Shown here: positions 50,363 to 64,000 of the stretch, piece by piece
Position numbering within the stretch: position 1 is the stretch's first letter
How the letters are laid out: each line of letters begins with the position of its first letter
Assembly (NCBI GenBank): GCA_951406725.2
Contig: OX597816.1
Location: 19,096,001 to 19,160,000 of the forward strand
Source of the DNA: Octopus vulgaris
Lineage: Eukaryota
Reading direction: 5' to 3'
Length of the DNA: 64,000 nt
Notes under the pieces: model-generated
The model's database searches: none
What the model was told of the DNA's origin: nothing
The model's input: the letters and a program-made list of their open reading frames with translations, nothing else
Program-made: the position numbers and the translations under genes

Positions 50363-50714
50363 TGATGTTATTCACCAAAATAATACATCACTATATTAAT
50401 CCACCATATTAATGACTTCAATTTTTTTAAAACGAAAAAATCTAATCTAAATTTTATATTGAACAACTAAATAACCTCCTGTTTTGTGATTAGAATCTCG
50501 TTCCATTGCAATTAAATCGTCTGGAGAAACACGTGTGAAAGCCGCCAAAACTAGTTGTCTTCTTTTTTTCCTAAGACCAAAATAGTTCGATTAGTTCTGC
50601 TATGTCAGTAGACAGCCGAAAACATTCTGAGAAAAATTTACTCTATACTGGACGACATGAACTAAAGTCATTGCAATAAACATAATATACTCTATGTGTT
50701 TCTCTCTGTACATA

Positions 50715-50940
50715 AATGTTCCCTTTTAAAGCCTAGCCGGTTTCAATGGCGTATGTGTTCCCCAGCTGGACGGGACGACAGTCCATCACAGCGCTACTCA
50801 TTATTGCCAGCTGAGTGGACTGGAGCAACGTGAAATGAAATGTTTTGCTCAAGAACACAACGCGTCGCCCGAACCACGAATCGAAACGACAATCTTACGA
50901 TCATGATGCGGACACCATAACCACTACGCCAAACGCTCAA
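50715..50940 (-). mobile_element. SINE family C variant
   Basis: 'cagctgagtggactggagcaacgtgaaatgaa...ttttgctcaagaacacaacgc...gaatcgaaac'. Confidence 0.82.
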
Positions 50941-50989
50941 CATCTTCCTGTTTTGTGGATTTTTGTATTAGTTTTCCTCCCTTCTGAAG

Positions 50990-51248
50990 TAGGCACTTCT
51001 GTAGTCCTGTGGTGTATATTTTGTAATCGTTTTGTAGAAGCATAAGTCCTCTAGCGCTTTCAATACGTTGTATATATATATAATCTTTCTGGCATATGTT
51101 GAGTGGTGCACCCTAAATTCTGACATTATTTTTCTTGTTTTCTTGTCCATTTTGATTAGTTCATTTAGAATCCAGTTAAGAATATTGTAGCTGTATCTTA
51201 TAACTAGGACGGCTACACTGCTGATACCTATTATCTTGTTTTTTTCAA

Positions 51249-51250
<2 letters not shown>
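50990..51250 (-). pseudogene. R4/Dong RT-thumb fragment abutting (TAA)n
   Basis: NKIIGISSVAVLVIRYSYNILNWILNELIKMDKKTRKIMSEFRVHH, cf. NK..AIN..A.PV..YS..I..W...EL..LD.KTRK.....HHP. Confidence 0.82.
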
Positions 51251-51315
<65 letters not shown>

Positions 51316-52649
51316 GTTGTTGTTGTTGTTGTTATTATCATCATCATTATTATTATTATGAATATTATTACTAACAGGTACAGTTCCTATGATACTTATA
51401 GGTCTAGCTGTATTGGTCGTTACTTTCTCTAAACTCCATTTTTTTCTAAGTGGTCCTCGGAAACGTCTTAGCAATGGAAGTATTAATATGGATTTCTTCA
51501 CATCAGGAAGTTTTAAAATTTCTCAACCTTTAACTAGTCTCGCCCCTGTTCTTGTATGTAAAGCATTTCATTCTGTTGAGATGAAAAATGTGTTAATGAT
51601 ATATCAACGTATAAATCGGCGAACTGGCAGAAATGTTAGCACGCCGGGAGTATTTCGTCTGCCTTTACGTTTTGAGTTCAAATTCTGCCGAGTTCAATAA
51701 ATTAAGCACCAATTAGTAGAAAAGGATATATCAGCATGTGTCTCATCTGACTTTGTGAAACTACAAGTGCGGTTTTTTTTTTGTTTTTCAAATGGGGCGC
51801 TTTATTTTAAAGTACTTTGTGGTTCGTTGTTGACATTGTGGCAGTTTTTCTCTTTCTTTTTTGTTCCCCAATCGAATCATACTCAGTGACAATGCCATGA
51901 GCGATAATAAACTATATCCACATGAATTAAATAAGGTAATTGGCTGTTAGCTGCAGAACTGTACATGAGTGTTTGATCTATATATTGAATAGAACATCGA
52001 TTAGTTAACAAAATCGACTCACAGAAATTGTTTTACTCCACATTTTAGGAGGATTTTTACACTGTATCTTTTACGCTTGTTTTGTTTTCCTGCAAGTAAC
52101 ACGCAGTGCGTGATAGCATGAATATATATCCTCGAATGTTTCTACACATTTTATTATTTAATAGAGTTAATTGAAACAACATGATAAATGTAACTATATT
52201 TGATTAAAGTGTAGTCTCCTTAATGTAATGTATCCGGTATAAAATAAAAAACACAAAGACACCACCTGTGGTGTTAATACCTATCAGCTATACACCTGTA
52301 ATGAAAACACTTAAAACATTAGCATATAATTTATTTATTTATTTATTTATTTCAATATTTTGCTGTTAGAATGTAAATGATCAAAGTAAATCAGAGCCTC
52401 GAGTATGGATATTGTGATTCGGATCATATAATCAATTGTTGAAAATTAAATATATTCACACATTTGAATATTCTAAAATACTAATATTTAAAAATTTCTT
52501 AGATATAACACACTGAGTGGAGACGGAAAAAGTTGGCATCTAGTGGCTTTAGAAATACATTCAAATAAATTTCTCTTTTGATTCTGTAACATTTACGTTG
52601 CTTTGTTTGTTGACCATACATAGAGTTACCCCAAATAAACCATGCATCT

Positions 52650-53075
52650 TGATTCACTGATAATTTTGCTGTGTGCAATAAAATTATATTTATCAAGCTG
52701 ATGCTGTATGAGGGCCTATGATATTTCGAGATTTCCGGCAGTTACATGTTTTTGGTAATTTCTGTTAGGGAGGCCTTGGTCTAGTACTGAAATTAAAAAC
52801 CCTTCAGTCTTTCATTCTCTGTCCTCAGCTTCTCAATCATTGTTGGGATTTGTCTGTTTCTTTTCTGTTTAGTTTAACCCAGTATTTGCCATGAAGGAGC
52901 TTATCTTGCCATTGTTTTATCATTACTCGTTTCCATTCCAGTTTTAGTTTGGATTTCAGTTTTTTTTTACACTGCTTTTGTTTTTTGTTTTTCTTCCTAG
53001 TTCTGAGGTACTATGAATTATGTTTTGTATTTGTCACCTTCTTTAAAGACTGAAAATAGTCTCTTGTCGTTTTCG
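52650..53075 (-). pseudogene. Internally deleted R4/Dong fragment
   Basis: MIKQWQDKLLHGKYW...DKSQQ*LRS*G...KTEGFLISVLDQGLPNRNYQKHV. Confidence 0.85.
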
Positions 53076-54872
53076 CGTTTTGTTGTGAATAACGAAGTGA
53101 ACTTATATATGATGACGCATTATTATTAGTCCTTCGTTGGTTAACTTAAATAAAGAATGTGAAATACGACTATTGAGAAAAATTTAATACATATCATACA
53201 TTTTGATGAAGACGACTTTACATTATTTGCGTCTGCATCTGTATCAGCAGGCGCAAATATATTTTCGTTAAAATTTTCAATGGCGAAACAACCTATGAGT
53301 TGTGCAGCAACAGGTTTTATTTATACGAGTTGACTAGCTCTGATCGGCGTCATAATTAAACGCTTTCATTTTGATTCGGTTCTATAATATTTGTGTGTTA
53401 TTTTTCCGGTCGGAAGCTGTCACACAGCATTAAAAATTCTGTATTTAGGTTTCACTCATTATTTTTTTAAATCGATTTAATCCACCTCGCTCAAATCATT
53501 AATTAGTTTTATTACATTATGTTAGAAATGTTTCCGATATTGTCTAGATAGGGTTTCCCCATTCTTGACTAATAATGAATTTTATATTAGTATGGTTAAA
53601 CCATAATCTCACTAATAACAATTTACAATCCTTGTTGACTCTGGTATGATATGAAAGATAACCTTTATTGAAACTGTGAGCCGGTGAGGTGAAATCGCCA
53701 TGTCAAAACCCTTATGACGTCTTTCATAAAAAATAAGGAATTTTAAATTTAGTATTTTTCATATTACTAAGGGTGCCTCAAACGATCAGTGATGCAAGGA
53801 CAGAGTGTGGGGGACCACATTACGATTTCTACTATGTGGAAATAACCCATGTAGACGGCTTAAATGTAATCAGAATGGGATTACGTTTCAAATATGTTTA
53901 CATGGTGAATAGCTACCGGTTAGAGCTAGGACTTGGAATGCTAAACAGGAGTACGCAAAAACCGGTCAATCGTATCGAATGCAGAAGGCGCAATTTGGAA
54001 ACAAGATAAAATTCGATCATAGAAGCGGGAAACGAGTTCGTACAATGTAGTATCAGGCAGATCTGTGTGGTTGTTCTAAAGCGGCTAACCTTCACTCTCG
54101 GTCGAAGACGGAGAGTAAGGCGAAAAGCCGTTAAATCTGAAATATGTGAAGTGGCAAGTGCACAAGACGTCTGATTCAGTTAATCTACGTTAAGAAAATA
54201 CACTTATGATCCAGGCTCGTGTGGTGATTTATTGAAATACGTCAATTCTACGGCAGGTGAACCAGCGTATGCTCAGTACAATGAGGTGTAGAATGGCTGA
54301 ACTGATGAAGGACGCCAAGTAGGAAAACATCAGTAGTAATGTGTATCGAATAACAGTCCTAAATATAGGTTCGCATGTTGACCTCATAATTAATGAAAAG
54401 ACGTTTCAAGTAGTTATGTTATAACCAAGTTAAGAACCGAAGTGCTTAAATATTTCGGCACATATCTATTGTTAAGTTAATCAAGTAGACAGAAATTCCT
54501 CCCTTCCTGGCGTTTTAGGGGCAGGAAAATTCAACAAATTTATTAAGCTGTAATAAAAAATAGTAAAAAATACAAAGAGGGTGTGCTTTTTCTCAACTTA
54601 TCAAGACAGGAAGATAGCTTTCAATGGTAAGTTAACTTACATATAGCCCTCTAGCTATTGCAGTCTTTAAACAAATATACACGAATAGATCTACCAGCAA
54701 CAGCACGAAAAACGATTGTAATGTAACAGAAAAAAATACAGCAATCGCTTATGTAAAGCTGCTCGAAATAACACAGTACATGCTTCCACATGAAACGCTA
54801 GTAACAGCAGCAGTAACACACACATCCTAACACGCACACTCACACAATATATATATATATATATATATATAT

Positions 54873-54911
<39 letters not shown>

Positions 54912-54913
<2 letters not shown>

Positions 54914-55205
54914 TAGGTTGAATAAAATAATGGAACTACCTTAAAATTTCAAACAAATTTATTTTAATATGCGGTAGGACCGCCTTTGGCAGTAGTTACA
55001 ATTAAATTCTACGAGGTATTCACTCGTACAAAGTTTAATTGTTTTCAAAAGAATCTTTGTCCCCTCCTCAGCTAAAACGGTCTCCAGTTCTTGTAGTGAT
55101 GATGGTGGAGGATATAGTCTCCGTAATTGTTTTTCTGAAATGCACCATTAATGTTCAATAATGTGGAGTCCTGGGGCTGTCGTGGCCAGGTAAGATGTTC
55201 AACTC
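54912..55205 (-). pseudogene. Tc1 transposase C-terminus and right end
   Basis: VEHLTWPRQP..(frameshift)IIEH*WCISEKQLRRLYPPPSSLQELETVLAEE...IPRRI...TAKGGPTAY*. Confidence 0.88.
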
Positions 55206-55340
55206 AGATCTATCATGACGTCTGACTTGGCTTTAGAAACCCAAAGCAGACACCGATATAGATATAAGATATTGGTACAGGAGGTGGTCTGAATCTGGTT
55301 AAGGAAGAGACAACCATTTCACACACACATACATACATAC

Positions 55341-55388
<48 letters not shown>

Positions 55389-55389
55389 C

Positions 55390-55426
<37 letters not shown>

Positions 55427-57194
55427 CTATGTATGTATGTATGTATGTATGTATAGTTTCTTGTGCAAAGACAACGATCCAGAGAGAGAGAAAGAGAGAG
55501 AGAACACAAACTTATAAATATTCATTAAGCCGCTGAACCTAAGCTTCCCTGTTTAGAACATGGACTAAATAGGCACGTGGCTTATGGCCATGTTCGAAGC
55601 AGGGCCACTCGATGCAGATTCATTGACCAATGCCGCTGCTCATATTCCCAATCTACATAGTGCTATGTTCATATTCGGTGCATGCATCTCCCAGTTGACT
55701 GGGATAGGAAAGTGGAATGCGTCACACTTTTACTTCAGTCTTGATTCTCCCAATACTGACTGTGTTGTGAGACACAGAAATATGTCTGGCAGTGAAGACA
55801 ATGTTTTCATAATAGTATTTGTTCATGCTTCAACAGGGAGAAACTTACTTCTTTTGACGCTGAGAGTATTTCATGCTAACTTTAGGTCCCTTAGAGCTAG
55901 TGTCTAATTGGAAAGCTATTACAACAGCTCACTTGTGTCTTCACTTTTATTTGACATCAGTGGGTTTGCAATAGCCTTGCAAATCAATTTTCTGACAGGT
56001 GAAACATGCATTTTTATACAGTTCCCACGCGGATATCGACAAACTACAAACGTTCATCCATATCGTGACTAGATAAAATGAAATGTATAAAAATGTTGTC
56101 AATCTAGATATATATCCGTTGCTCAAAACTACCAGTCTTGTATCTAAATCAAAATCCATCAACAGGAGCCCCCATCTCTTCATTGTCGTAAACTCAACAT
56201 CGCAAACATCAGCAACCTCATCATCGTGGCGTCGTCGTCGCCAAAGTTTCTCTTCATAATCAGATGTCAATAAAGCGTTGATGTGTCAAATCACTGATTA
56301 AATATATAGCACTTCAAATTCTGTTTTCAAAATCTGAATAAAAATATAGAAACGTATCAGAATCTGTCCTCCAGAAGTCAAAATATATTCTATGATATTA
56401 TTTAGAATATAAATCAAAATACTTGTACTCCGTTTTTAGCTTCTTTAATCTTCAATTCCCTCGCAGGCAAAATGCTACTTCCTATATTCTCTTTTTCAAT
56501 TAGCAGTGTTATTAGCATAACGTCAGCAATGCAACTAAAGTTACCATTAATCTCTTTTTCACTTACTGTACGAAATAACACAATAACTTAATCAAGAATA
56601 TAACCCAAAAGTATTAATATACTAAGTAATAAGATGTCTGTTTATTATTTAAATTCATACGTTTCAATACTTGTTACATTTTCAATTAAATATACATCTT
56701 TGAAATATGTATGTAAAATTTCATATCATATTCCTTACCTATTTAACTATACTCTTCCGTTGCATCTTTTGAACTATCTGTGCTTCGCTTTGTTCAAAAG
56801 ACATTCTAAAATTAATTATATTATGCATTGTTCACGTTTATGTATTTGAAGTGGTTTTCGGGTATTTAAGAACAACGGCAAAAAGTATTTCAAACAGAAT
56901 CTGGAAGGTAACATGTTAGAAACATGTACTAGAAGAACCTCTGTCGAATGTCTCTAGGTAGTTTATTCGCTAAATAAGCAGACATTTTAAAAATAATATC
57001 CAGTGTGCAATATTCTAAATTTAATTAATTATTCATTACTAAAAAAAAAAGTTGTAAAACGTAGTGATATTTATGTTTCATAGAGGATTCCAACTAAGAG
57101 TAATGCATAACAGCATATTATCAAGTTTAAATGAAGTTCAATTGAAATATTAAATTCTATATATCAATAGTCGACTTCTATGTTCTTAATATAG

Positions 57195-58210
57195 ATTTCA
57201 AGTTTTGTCACTGAGCCAGTGATTTCAGGGGAGTGGGTAAACCGATTACGTCCACCAGTTTGTCTACTTGAAATGATGCTAAGCAAATTCGATCTCCGTG
57301 CTCTTTGAACTTAGAACGTGAAGACGAACGTGATGTGGCTGAGCATTTTACCTGATGTTCTAACGTTTCTGCCAGCTTGTTGCCTTCTAGGTTTTTAATA
57401 TATCTCTTTCTTTATTACCCACAAGGGGCTAAACATAGAGGGGGAAAAAGGACGGACATGAGTATTAAGTCGATTACATCGACCCCGGTATGCAACTAGT
57501 ACTTTTTAAATTGACCCCGAATGGATGAAAGGCAAAGTCGACCTGGACGGAATTCGAAATCAGAACGTGAAGACGACGTGATGCGGCATTTTGCCATGTA
57601 TTACTAAGTCTCTGCCACCTTGTCGCCTTCTACGTTTTTAATATAATGTCGAAGGTGGCGTGGTGGCATAAATATTACAGCACCGAAAAAGATGTTCGTC
57701 GACATTTCATCATAAAGTAAGTGCCAGTTCAAGACTGGGGTAGATGTAATTGACTTACACATCCCGCAAAATTGAAAACTATACCCAAATACTATCAAGA
57801 ATTGCGAGATGGCAGAATCTTTACAGAGTTATTTCTGAGATAAAATATCGCAGGGGCCGATTTGACTTCCATCCTATCGGGGTCAATAAAATAATCATCA
57901 GCTGAGCAGCGAGGTGTGATCGATGTAATCAACATACATCGTCTCCCGAACCGGCTGGTCTTGTGCCAACATTTGAAATCATTTTTAGAATACTATCAAG
58001 GTGGTTAACTTGCAGAATTGTTACCGTCCCGGCCAAAACACTTAGCAACATTGCTTCTCCTCTTACGTTTTGATTTCAAATGCCACCGGCGTCGCTTCTG
58101 CTTTCCTGATTTGCGATTGGTCAAATAAGTACCAGCTGAGCAGTGGGATCGATGTAGTCGATATACCTTTTCCTCAAACTTGCTGGCGTTGTGTGAAAAT
58201 ATGAAGTCAA
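57195..58210. mobile_element. Cluster of about five degenerate family-B SINEs in both orientations
   Basis: Minus copies at ~57195-57387 and 57405-57630; plus copies at ~57652, 57800 and 58000. Confidence 0.7.
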
Positions 58211-58594
58211 TACTAAAGTACTATCAACGTTAACATTAATATATTTTTGAAGATTATATCAAACGATATTTTGTGTATTTAGTTTTGGTTAATTCTCCCC
58301 TAGGGATAATAAGAGGTAGTAGAATTTGATCTCTCTTACTTGAACTTTTGGTTACTCCCGTCTCACGACCGAAGATGCTTATTGACGCACATAAATATAT
58401 CAATTTTGCCAACGAAATACATGATTAACGCTTCCGTTCCTACATCCTGATACCAGAGCGAATGCAGTATGGGGACAATGGCGTTAGAACATCGAGGCAA
58501 ATGGGTTTCCTTTATGGTTATGTAGCTGAACTTCAAATCCCAGTGCCGACAACATTGGCATTCATCCGTAGTCGATAAAATAAAGTGCAATATA

Positions 58595-58826
58595 AGGCAG
58601 TGAGCTGGCAGAACCGTTAGCACGCCGGGCGAAATGCGTAGCCGTATTTCGTCTGCCGTTACGTTCTGAGTTCAAATTCCGCTGAAGTCGATTTTGTCTT
58701 TCTTCCTTTCGGGGTCGATGAATTAAGTACCAGTTACGCACTGCGGTCGATGTAGTCGACTAAATCCGTTTGTCTGTGCTTGTTTTTTCCCTCTATGTTT
58801 AGCCCCTTGAGGGTAGTAAAGAAACA
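58595..58826 (+). mobile_element. Full-length family-B SINE
   Basis: 'ggcagtgagctggcagaaccgttagcacgcc...agccccttgagggtagtaaagaaa'. Confidence 0.92.
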
Positions 58827-61209
58827 GATAAAATAAAGTACAAGTCTAGCAACGAGACCAAAGTTTACCGAAACACTCTCCCCAGAAAATACAGGCTCTG
58901 CACCTGTGTATGAAGCTATCATTGAAGCTGAATTATGTTGGGTGACATCGATTTAGTTGCTGCTTGATTCAAATCAAGCAGCTACAGAGTGCAGCCTTGG
59001 TTCGATAAAATTTCTGCTCGCTTTTACAATGATATCAGTGAGAAAAGTATGTTAACATATGTAATCTTTTGTTGAAAATTTATTTACACAGCGTATACTA
59101 ATCGGCAACATTGTGACTGTGACATTTATCACATCAGCACCATTCTCTCCATAACTATTATTACTCTCGTCATCATCATTATCATCATCATCATCATCAT
59201 CATAGTAGTTGTAGTCTTTGTCATTGTCATCGTCATCGTTATCGTCGACGACCTTCTCGTTATCGCCGTCATCAACAACACTTAATTATTATTCACCTCA
59301 TTATAATGATCATCTCCATAAATCTCAGGAAACAACACTATCGTTATAAATCATAGCGCCGTCTATTAACTATCTTCGTTTCAATGAAGTTTTGCAGACA
59401 TCGATTTTATTTTTATTTCGTTGCACCCTTTCGTATACCAACCTCATATCAACCTCTTCCTTTGTCGTTCAGCTAATTTTAGCACAAAGAATTCTATTGA
59501 TTTTAATTAAAAATTAATATATTTATTGGGGATTTAAGCATTTAAATATTTTATCAGAAAATGAAACTTAATTTCACACCAATAATTGAGTCGGCTCTAA
59601 ATATTCTATAATGTATGAAAACGTTCAGCATGATTACAAACTATGTTAGTTCTTTTTAAAGATAAAGAAATAAACTATATAAAACTATGTGAAATCTATT
59701 TTTTGTTCCTCCTTAGCTGTCTTGAAGTATAATGATTTTAATATCAACATATGTCAAATTTAGCAACACTTTCTACATTGTAGTTTTCGTTCTCTGTCTG
59801 TAATCTGATGGGTCATATTTTCTTTTTCTTATTTTTCTATTTTCTTAAAGAAGATTATCACCGACGAAACAGTAATTAATAAAAAGCAATTACTATCAGG
59901 ACTTTCATGAATTCCGGATAAATATGACCTACATGGTAGTATGAAAGATATTTTGGTTAACAACGACGATCATGGCAACTACGGGAACAGAAGCAACAAA
60001 ACCCACATCAATTAGGTAGATGCCTATTTTAAATTGTGACCCCACAGCAAAATGTCGATGGAGGGTCAATTCAATTATACCGACCCCAGTCCTTAAATAT
60101 TGTTATTTTATAGGGCATAACGAGGCGAACTGGCAGATTAGTTAGCACACCAGGCGAAATGCTTGGCTCATCGCTTTAATGATAATAATACTTGGCTTTG
60201 TGCTGGATATTTGAAGGGAATTGTGTGACTCGATTGCATAGACCTTAGCGCTCATTTCGTACTAATTTTATCAACCTCGAGAGGAGGAAAGGAAAATTCG
60301 ACCTCGGCAGGATTAGAACCTGGAATGTAAAAGTTTGACGGAATGCCACAAAACATTTTGTCCGACGCATAACACTAACAACCAAAATCGAGATATATAA
60401 CAGAGAAATCGGAAATGATATGAGAGCAAAGCAGGCACAAAATTTTATTCTGTAGGGGAGAGTCAGGGTTTTGAAAGTGGTACTTGTATGTGGAATGCCT
60501 CCCACAATAATTAACAACCAAGAATCGAAGATTATAATGTGCAGAAAGAGACTCTCTGAGGTCTCTGAAAGGCGGCTTCTGTCCGCTCTCACAACATCAA
60601 GCAGAGAAAACAAGACCAAGCACTTTGAGAAGTAAAACAACAAAAAGAAGAATAAGAAGAACTTAACTCAACAGAGGCATGGGTTAATGGATAAAAGTTT
60701 TATTTATAAATATTGCCTTCTCTGTTAAGTTACGAATTCGGGAAAAGAGGTTCCATCTTTTAAAAAGTATGTTGTACATAATTTACTATTTTCACAAAAA
60801 GGTTCATATCCACTATTTGACTTTAAATATATATGGTTTCATTTGTTTGTACTCGTGTCGATGCTCTCTTCACTATTGTTACCGATACTATTGTGGTTAT
60901 GAATCCGGTTTGCAGTATTTAAACTAAATATACAACTATGTATCATAATTAATGTTTCTAATCCGTGCAGTATTCATCCTGAGATACCATCTCCCATGGG
61001 AATATTGTGCTAAAATAATAATATACATCAGAGTTCATTCACATCATATACGCATCATATTTCCGACATAGGAAATAGTGACTAAATCATTAGCGTTAAT
61101 GGTTACCAGTATTAGATATGAGCCAAGTAACTACAGTAAACTTAGAGATGTTACATCTGCAAATTTTTAATATAATACGCTTTTCATAATCAACTTAAAC
61201 AAATGCTGA

Positions 61210-61533
61210 GACCCCTTTAAGTAATGATTGGCCTACAAAGTTACCCTCGCAGGCACAAGTCGGGGCAATGATGCTTATGGAAGACCAGCAGTCGCCCATG
61301 CATACCGGCCTCCACTCTCCATGCCACAGTTGTTACCCAAGGGGAAGGCAAAGGGGCCGATATAGCTTGGCACCTGTGACGTCGCAACTCATTTCTAAAG
61401 CTGAGTGAACAGGAGCAACGTGAAATAAAGAGTCTTTCTCAAGAATACAACACGAAGACCGGTCCAGGATTCCAACTCACAAATTAATGATCGTAAGCTC
61501 GACACTCTAACCACTGAGCCATGCGCCTTCACA
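61210..61533 (-). mobile_element. SINE family C
   Basis: Minus-strand head 'gtgaaggcgcatggctcagtggttagagtgtcgagc'; body 'gcaactcatttctaaagctgagtgaac'. Confidence 0.85.
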
Positions 61534-63039
61534 TCTTAAACATATTTTTCAATATATATCTGTTTGTCTTGGAATATCTGACTGTTGACATGGCATAACA
61601 TTTTCTATTTTAATGTGTTTGTCTTTAAATATGATTAGTCTAGTAGATACAAATGTGTCCACCGATAAACCTAATGCCATTGAGGCAGTTAATATCAATG
61701 ATAACTGAAATGGAATAACAAAAATTGCAGCTGCCTAAATAATACGTAGTACATAGAACTATTATTTTCAAAGTCGAAATACTTTTCTCCTGAAAATGTT
61801 GTGTAGACAAAAGTATCCCATATATCTGTCTGCAAATACAACAAGACTATAAGAAAAGAAATAAAACCAGACCATTTTCCCATTATAATCACAACATCAA
61901 TAACAGAAACAAGATATTATTTAAATAATAAAACTTTAACATAGTATATAAAAATGAACATGAATGATGAGGCGCTTTTAAGAAAGTGAAACTTTCTACT
62001 GAGTGGGAAAGCGTATCAAATACTAGTAGCATTTACACAGGTGTTATGAATATGCTTCTATAGTGAAGGGAACACGAACATCAACACCAATTTAGCCGTA
62101 TTAGAAAGCTCGATGCGACAATGAAATTTTGTGCAATAATGCATTTTGGGTCATAAAAGAAGACATAATCTAAAATCTGTACATAGTTGTTCAAACATAT
62201 CCGGGAGCGCATACAACTAATATTGCCTATATACAGAAACAGACTAGGAATCCCAAGGTCTCTGAATTCATGGTACATTGTATGAAAAGATGAATAAACA
62301 GGACACTCACTGCTGGAAGAAAACAAAAATAATACAAAGGGAACAAACTACGAAATCCCAAACTGTAGGCCAATGAACTGATTGTTAAAAACCAAACAAA
62401 AACGCACTTTCCAAATTCAACAGAAGGCTAAAACTAAACAGAATGGGTGAACGTGAGGTAATGTGGGACACAAAACAGAAAGTGATGAGAAAGCCATTGC
62501 GACAGAATAAAATCAATATTGAAATAAAATGTAACTTACGTTTTGAGTGTAAATCATTTTGTCATCCAGAGACTGAAGCGTCTATCAACTTTCAGAATAA
62601 CAGAAGGAAAACTACCATCTGCGCACAAGATGGCGCTGTGTGTGGAAAGATAACAGTTCTATGACTAAATACCAATTATAAAGATACAAACAGAAACTAA
62701 TTACTATACAAATCAAAGTGTATGAAACAAAACTAACATTTTCTGTTTATCAAAAAATATTTGAATATACGTTATCTTACATTGTGCATTTGGTCACTAC
62801 ATGACATGACCAGGAGTGCTTTACAAACGATCTTATGTAAAGTGACAATGCAATAAGCATGTGGCTACGTTTTACTTGATGCTGACGATTAAAATCTCTG
62901 CCAGGAAATTTAATCTGAATGTAAGAATAACTTCAAGCAATAATTATATAATGAAATATTGAAAGAGCACCTGCAGAGGTTCAGATAGGTGTGGGTATAT
63001 ATATTATATGTGTGTGTGTTTGCGGGGGGAGTGTTTATA

Positions 63040-63262
63040 TATGAGAGGAGGCTAAAAAGATACTGGCCTTGGGTAAAAGAAAACAGAGGAGGATTAGTGA
63101 ATTATGATTTTATTCAACATATTCCCCTCTGAGATGCACACACATCACATTATCGCAGAAAAATTTTACCGTATTCCTAAGCGCTGAAAAACTGGTCTGA
63201 AATTTGGACGTCCATCCAGGAATTTAGCGGTACCATTAAAGCAACGAACTTTCAGAGAGCTC
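63040..63262 (-). mobile_element. Mariner right end (TIR remnant plus last codons)
   Basis: TA followed by a TIR-like 'tgagaggaggctaaaaagatactggc'; minus strand encodes ..RGEYVE*, the typical mariner C-terminus. Confidence 0.6.
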
Positions 63263-63311
<49 letters not shown>

Positions 63312-63400
63312 GTGTATATATATATATATATATATACGTAACAAGTATGGGGGTTGTTTGCATGGCCTTAATGTTTTATTGTCCTTTTAACAATTATATG

Positions 63401-63451
<51 letters not shown>

Positions 63452-63456
63452 GTATG

Positions 63457-63494
<38 letters not shown>

Positions 63495-63856
63495 TATATG
63501 TGTATATATGTATATATAGAGATATATAGATAGATAGATATAGATATAGATATAGATATACATGTATGTATACATATGTGTGTGCGTGTGTGTGTGTAGT
63601 ATATACAGACAAATTTTTGATATCTTTGCAGCTGTCGTAAAGATGTTTTTAGAAATGTGTCCTCTTCAAACGCTACCTATTGGAAAACAGTGCCTCACCA
63701 TTTGCTCGTTAGAAATTTTCGCGTATGTAAGTGGTTTTCTTTTCTCTCATTCAGGGACGACAGCCTGTCCCCATTAGCGTCTTCATACTTTAGGCCTTAT
63801 ATCTTGATATCTGAGTGTTTCCTTACGTCCGTGTGGTAGAAAGTTAGATTCTGTTC

Positions 63857-63934
63857 TGTTTGTATAGAGTCTGACGAGCTGTTCACAAGGCTATGTCTTT
63901 CGTGGATAGGAAACCTCTGGTAACTCTATAAACA
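63857..63934 (+). ncRNA. Near-intact minimal type-I hammerhead ribozyme in a ~355-bp (TA)n-flanked element
   Basis: Stem I tatagagt(63863-70)/actctata(63923-30); CTGACGA at 63871-77; stem II ctgttcac/gtggatag plus aaggc/gtctt; GAAA at 63910-13; stem III acc/ggt with loop tct; GUA triplet. Confidence 0.75.
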
Positions 63935-64000
63935 AAATTCAAATTACTTTTAATAAGTATACATATATATATATATATATATATATATGAACATATATAT

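Noticed and set aside
49682-50365. 227-aa hydrophobic ORF resembling a membrane protein
   Set aside because: Starts in a SINE head and runs through a degenerate (CAT)n repeat.
53773-54340. Possible decayed RTE 3' region (FKYV..., GRQVG)
   Set aside because: Motif similarity is too weak to call without a profile search.
55584-56270. Two 107-aa ORFs in non-repetitive sequence
   Set aside because: No recognisable domain or splice context; the length is compatible with chance.
62620-62640. YY1-like CAAGATGGCG motif as a promoter
   Set aside because: Single isolated motif with no CpG-rich context or downstream exon.

Overview
AT-rich eukaryotic non-coding DNA, intronic or intergenic. The tRNA-derived SINE families and the very dense (TA)n/(TAA)n/(GAA)n microsatellites point to an octopus genome; this is an inference from repeat content. 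I recognise no host protein-coding exon, and nearly all ORFs in the track are microsatellite or SINE artefacts. Real coding remnants all come from transposable elements: one 5'-truncated, inactivated CR1-group LINE (35.5-38.3 kb), RTE fragments, about nine R4/Dong-clade (RLE) LINE fragments (several nested in (TAA)n), and Tc1/mariner fragments. There are also a GG...CC MITE with an 8-bp TSD, a fold-back element and a small Helitron. The most notable hidden layer is a set of minimal type-I hammerhead ribozyme motifs of the Penelope type, carried by short elements that mostly sit next to (TA)n arrays. One is near-intact (63.86-63.93 kb) and several are decayed. They show a recurrent CCGANGA core and three different 3-8 base pairs (C-G, G-C, U-A). 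A SINE family also forms concatemers with the same unit junction at independent loci. All alignments and folds were made by eye and boundaries are approximate.
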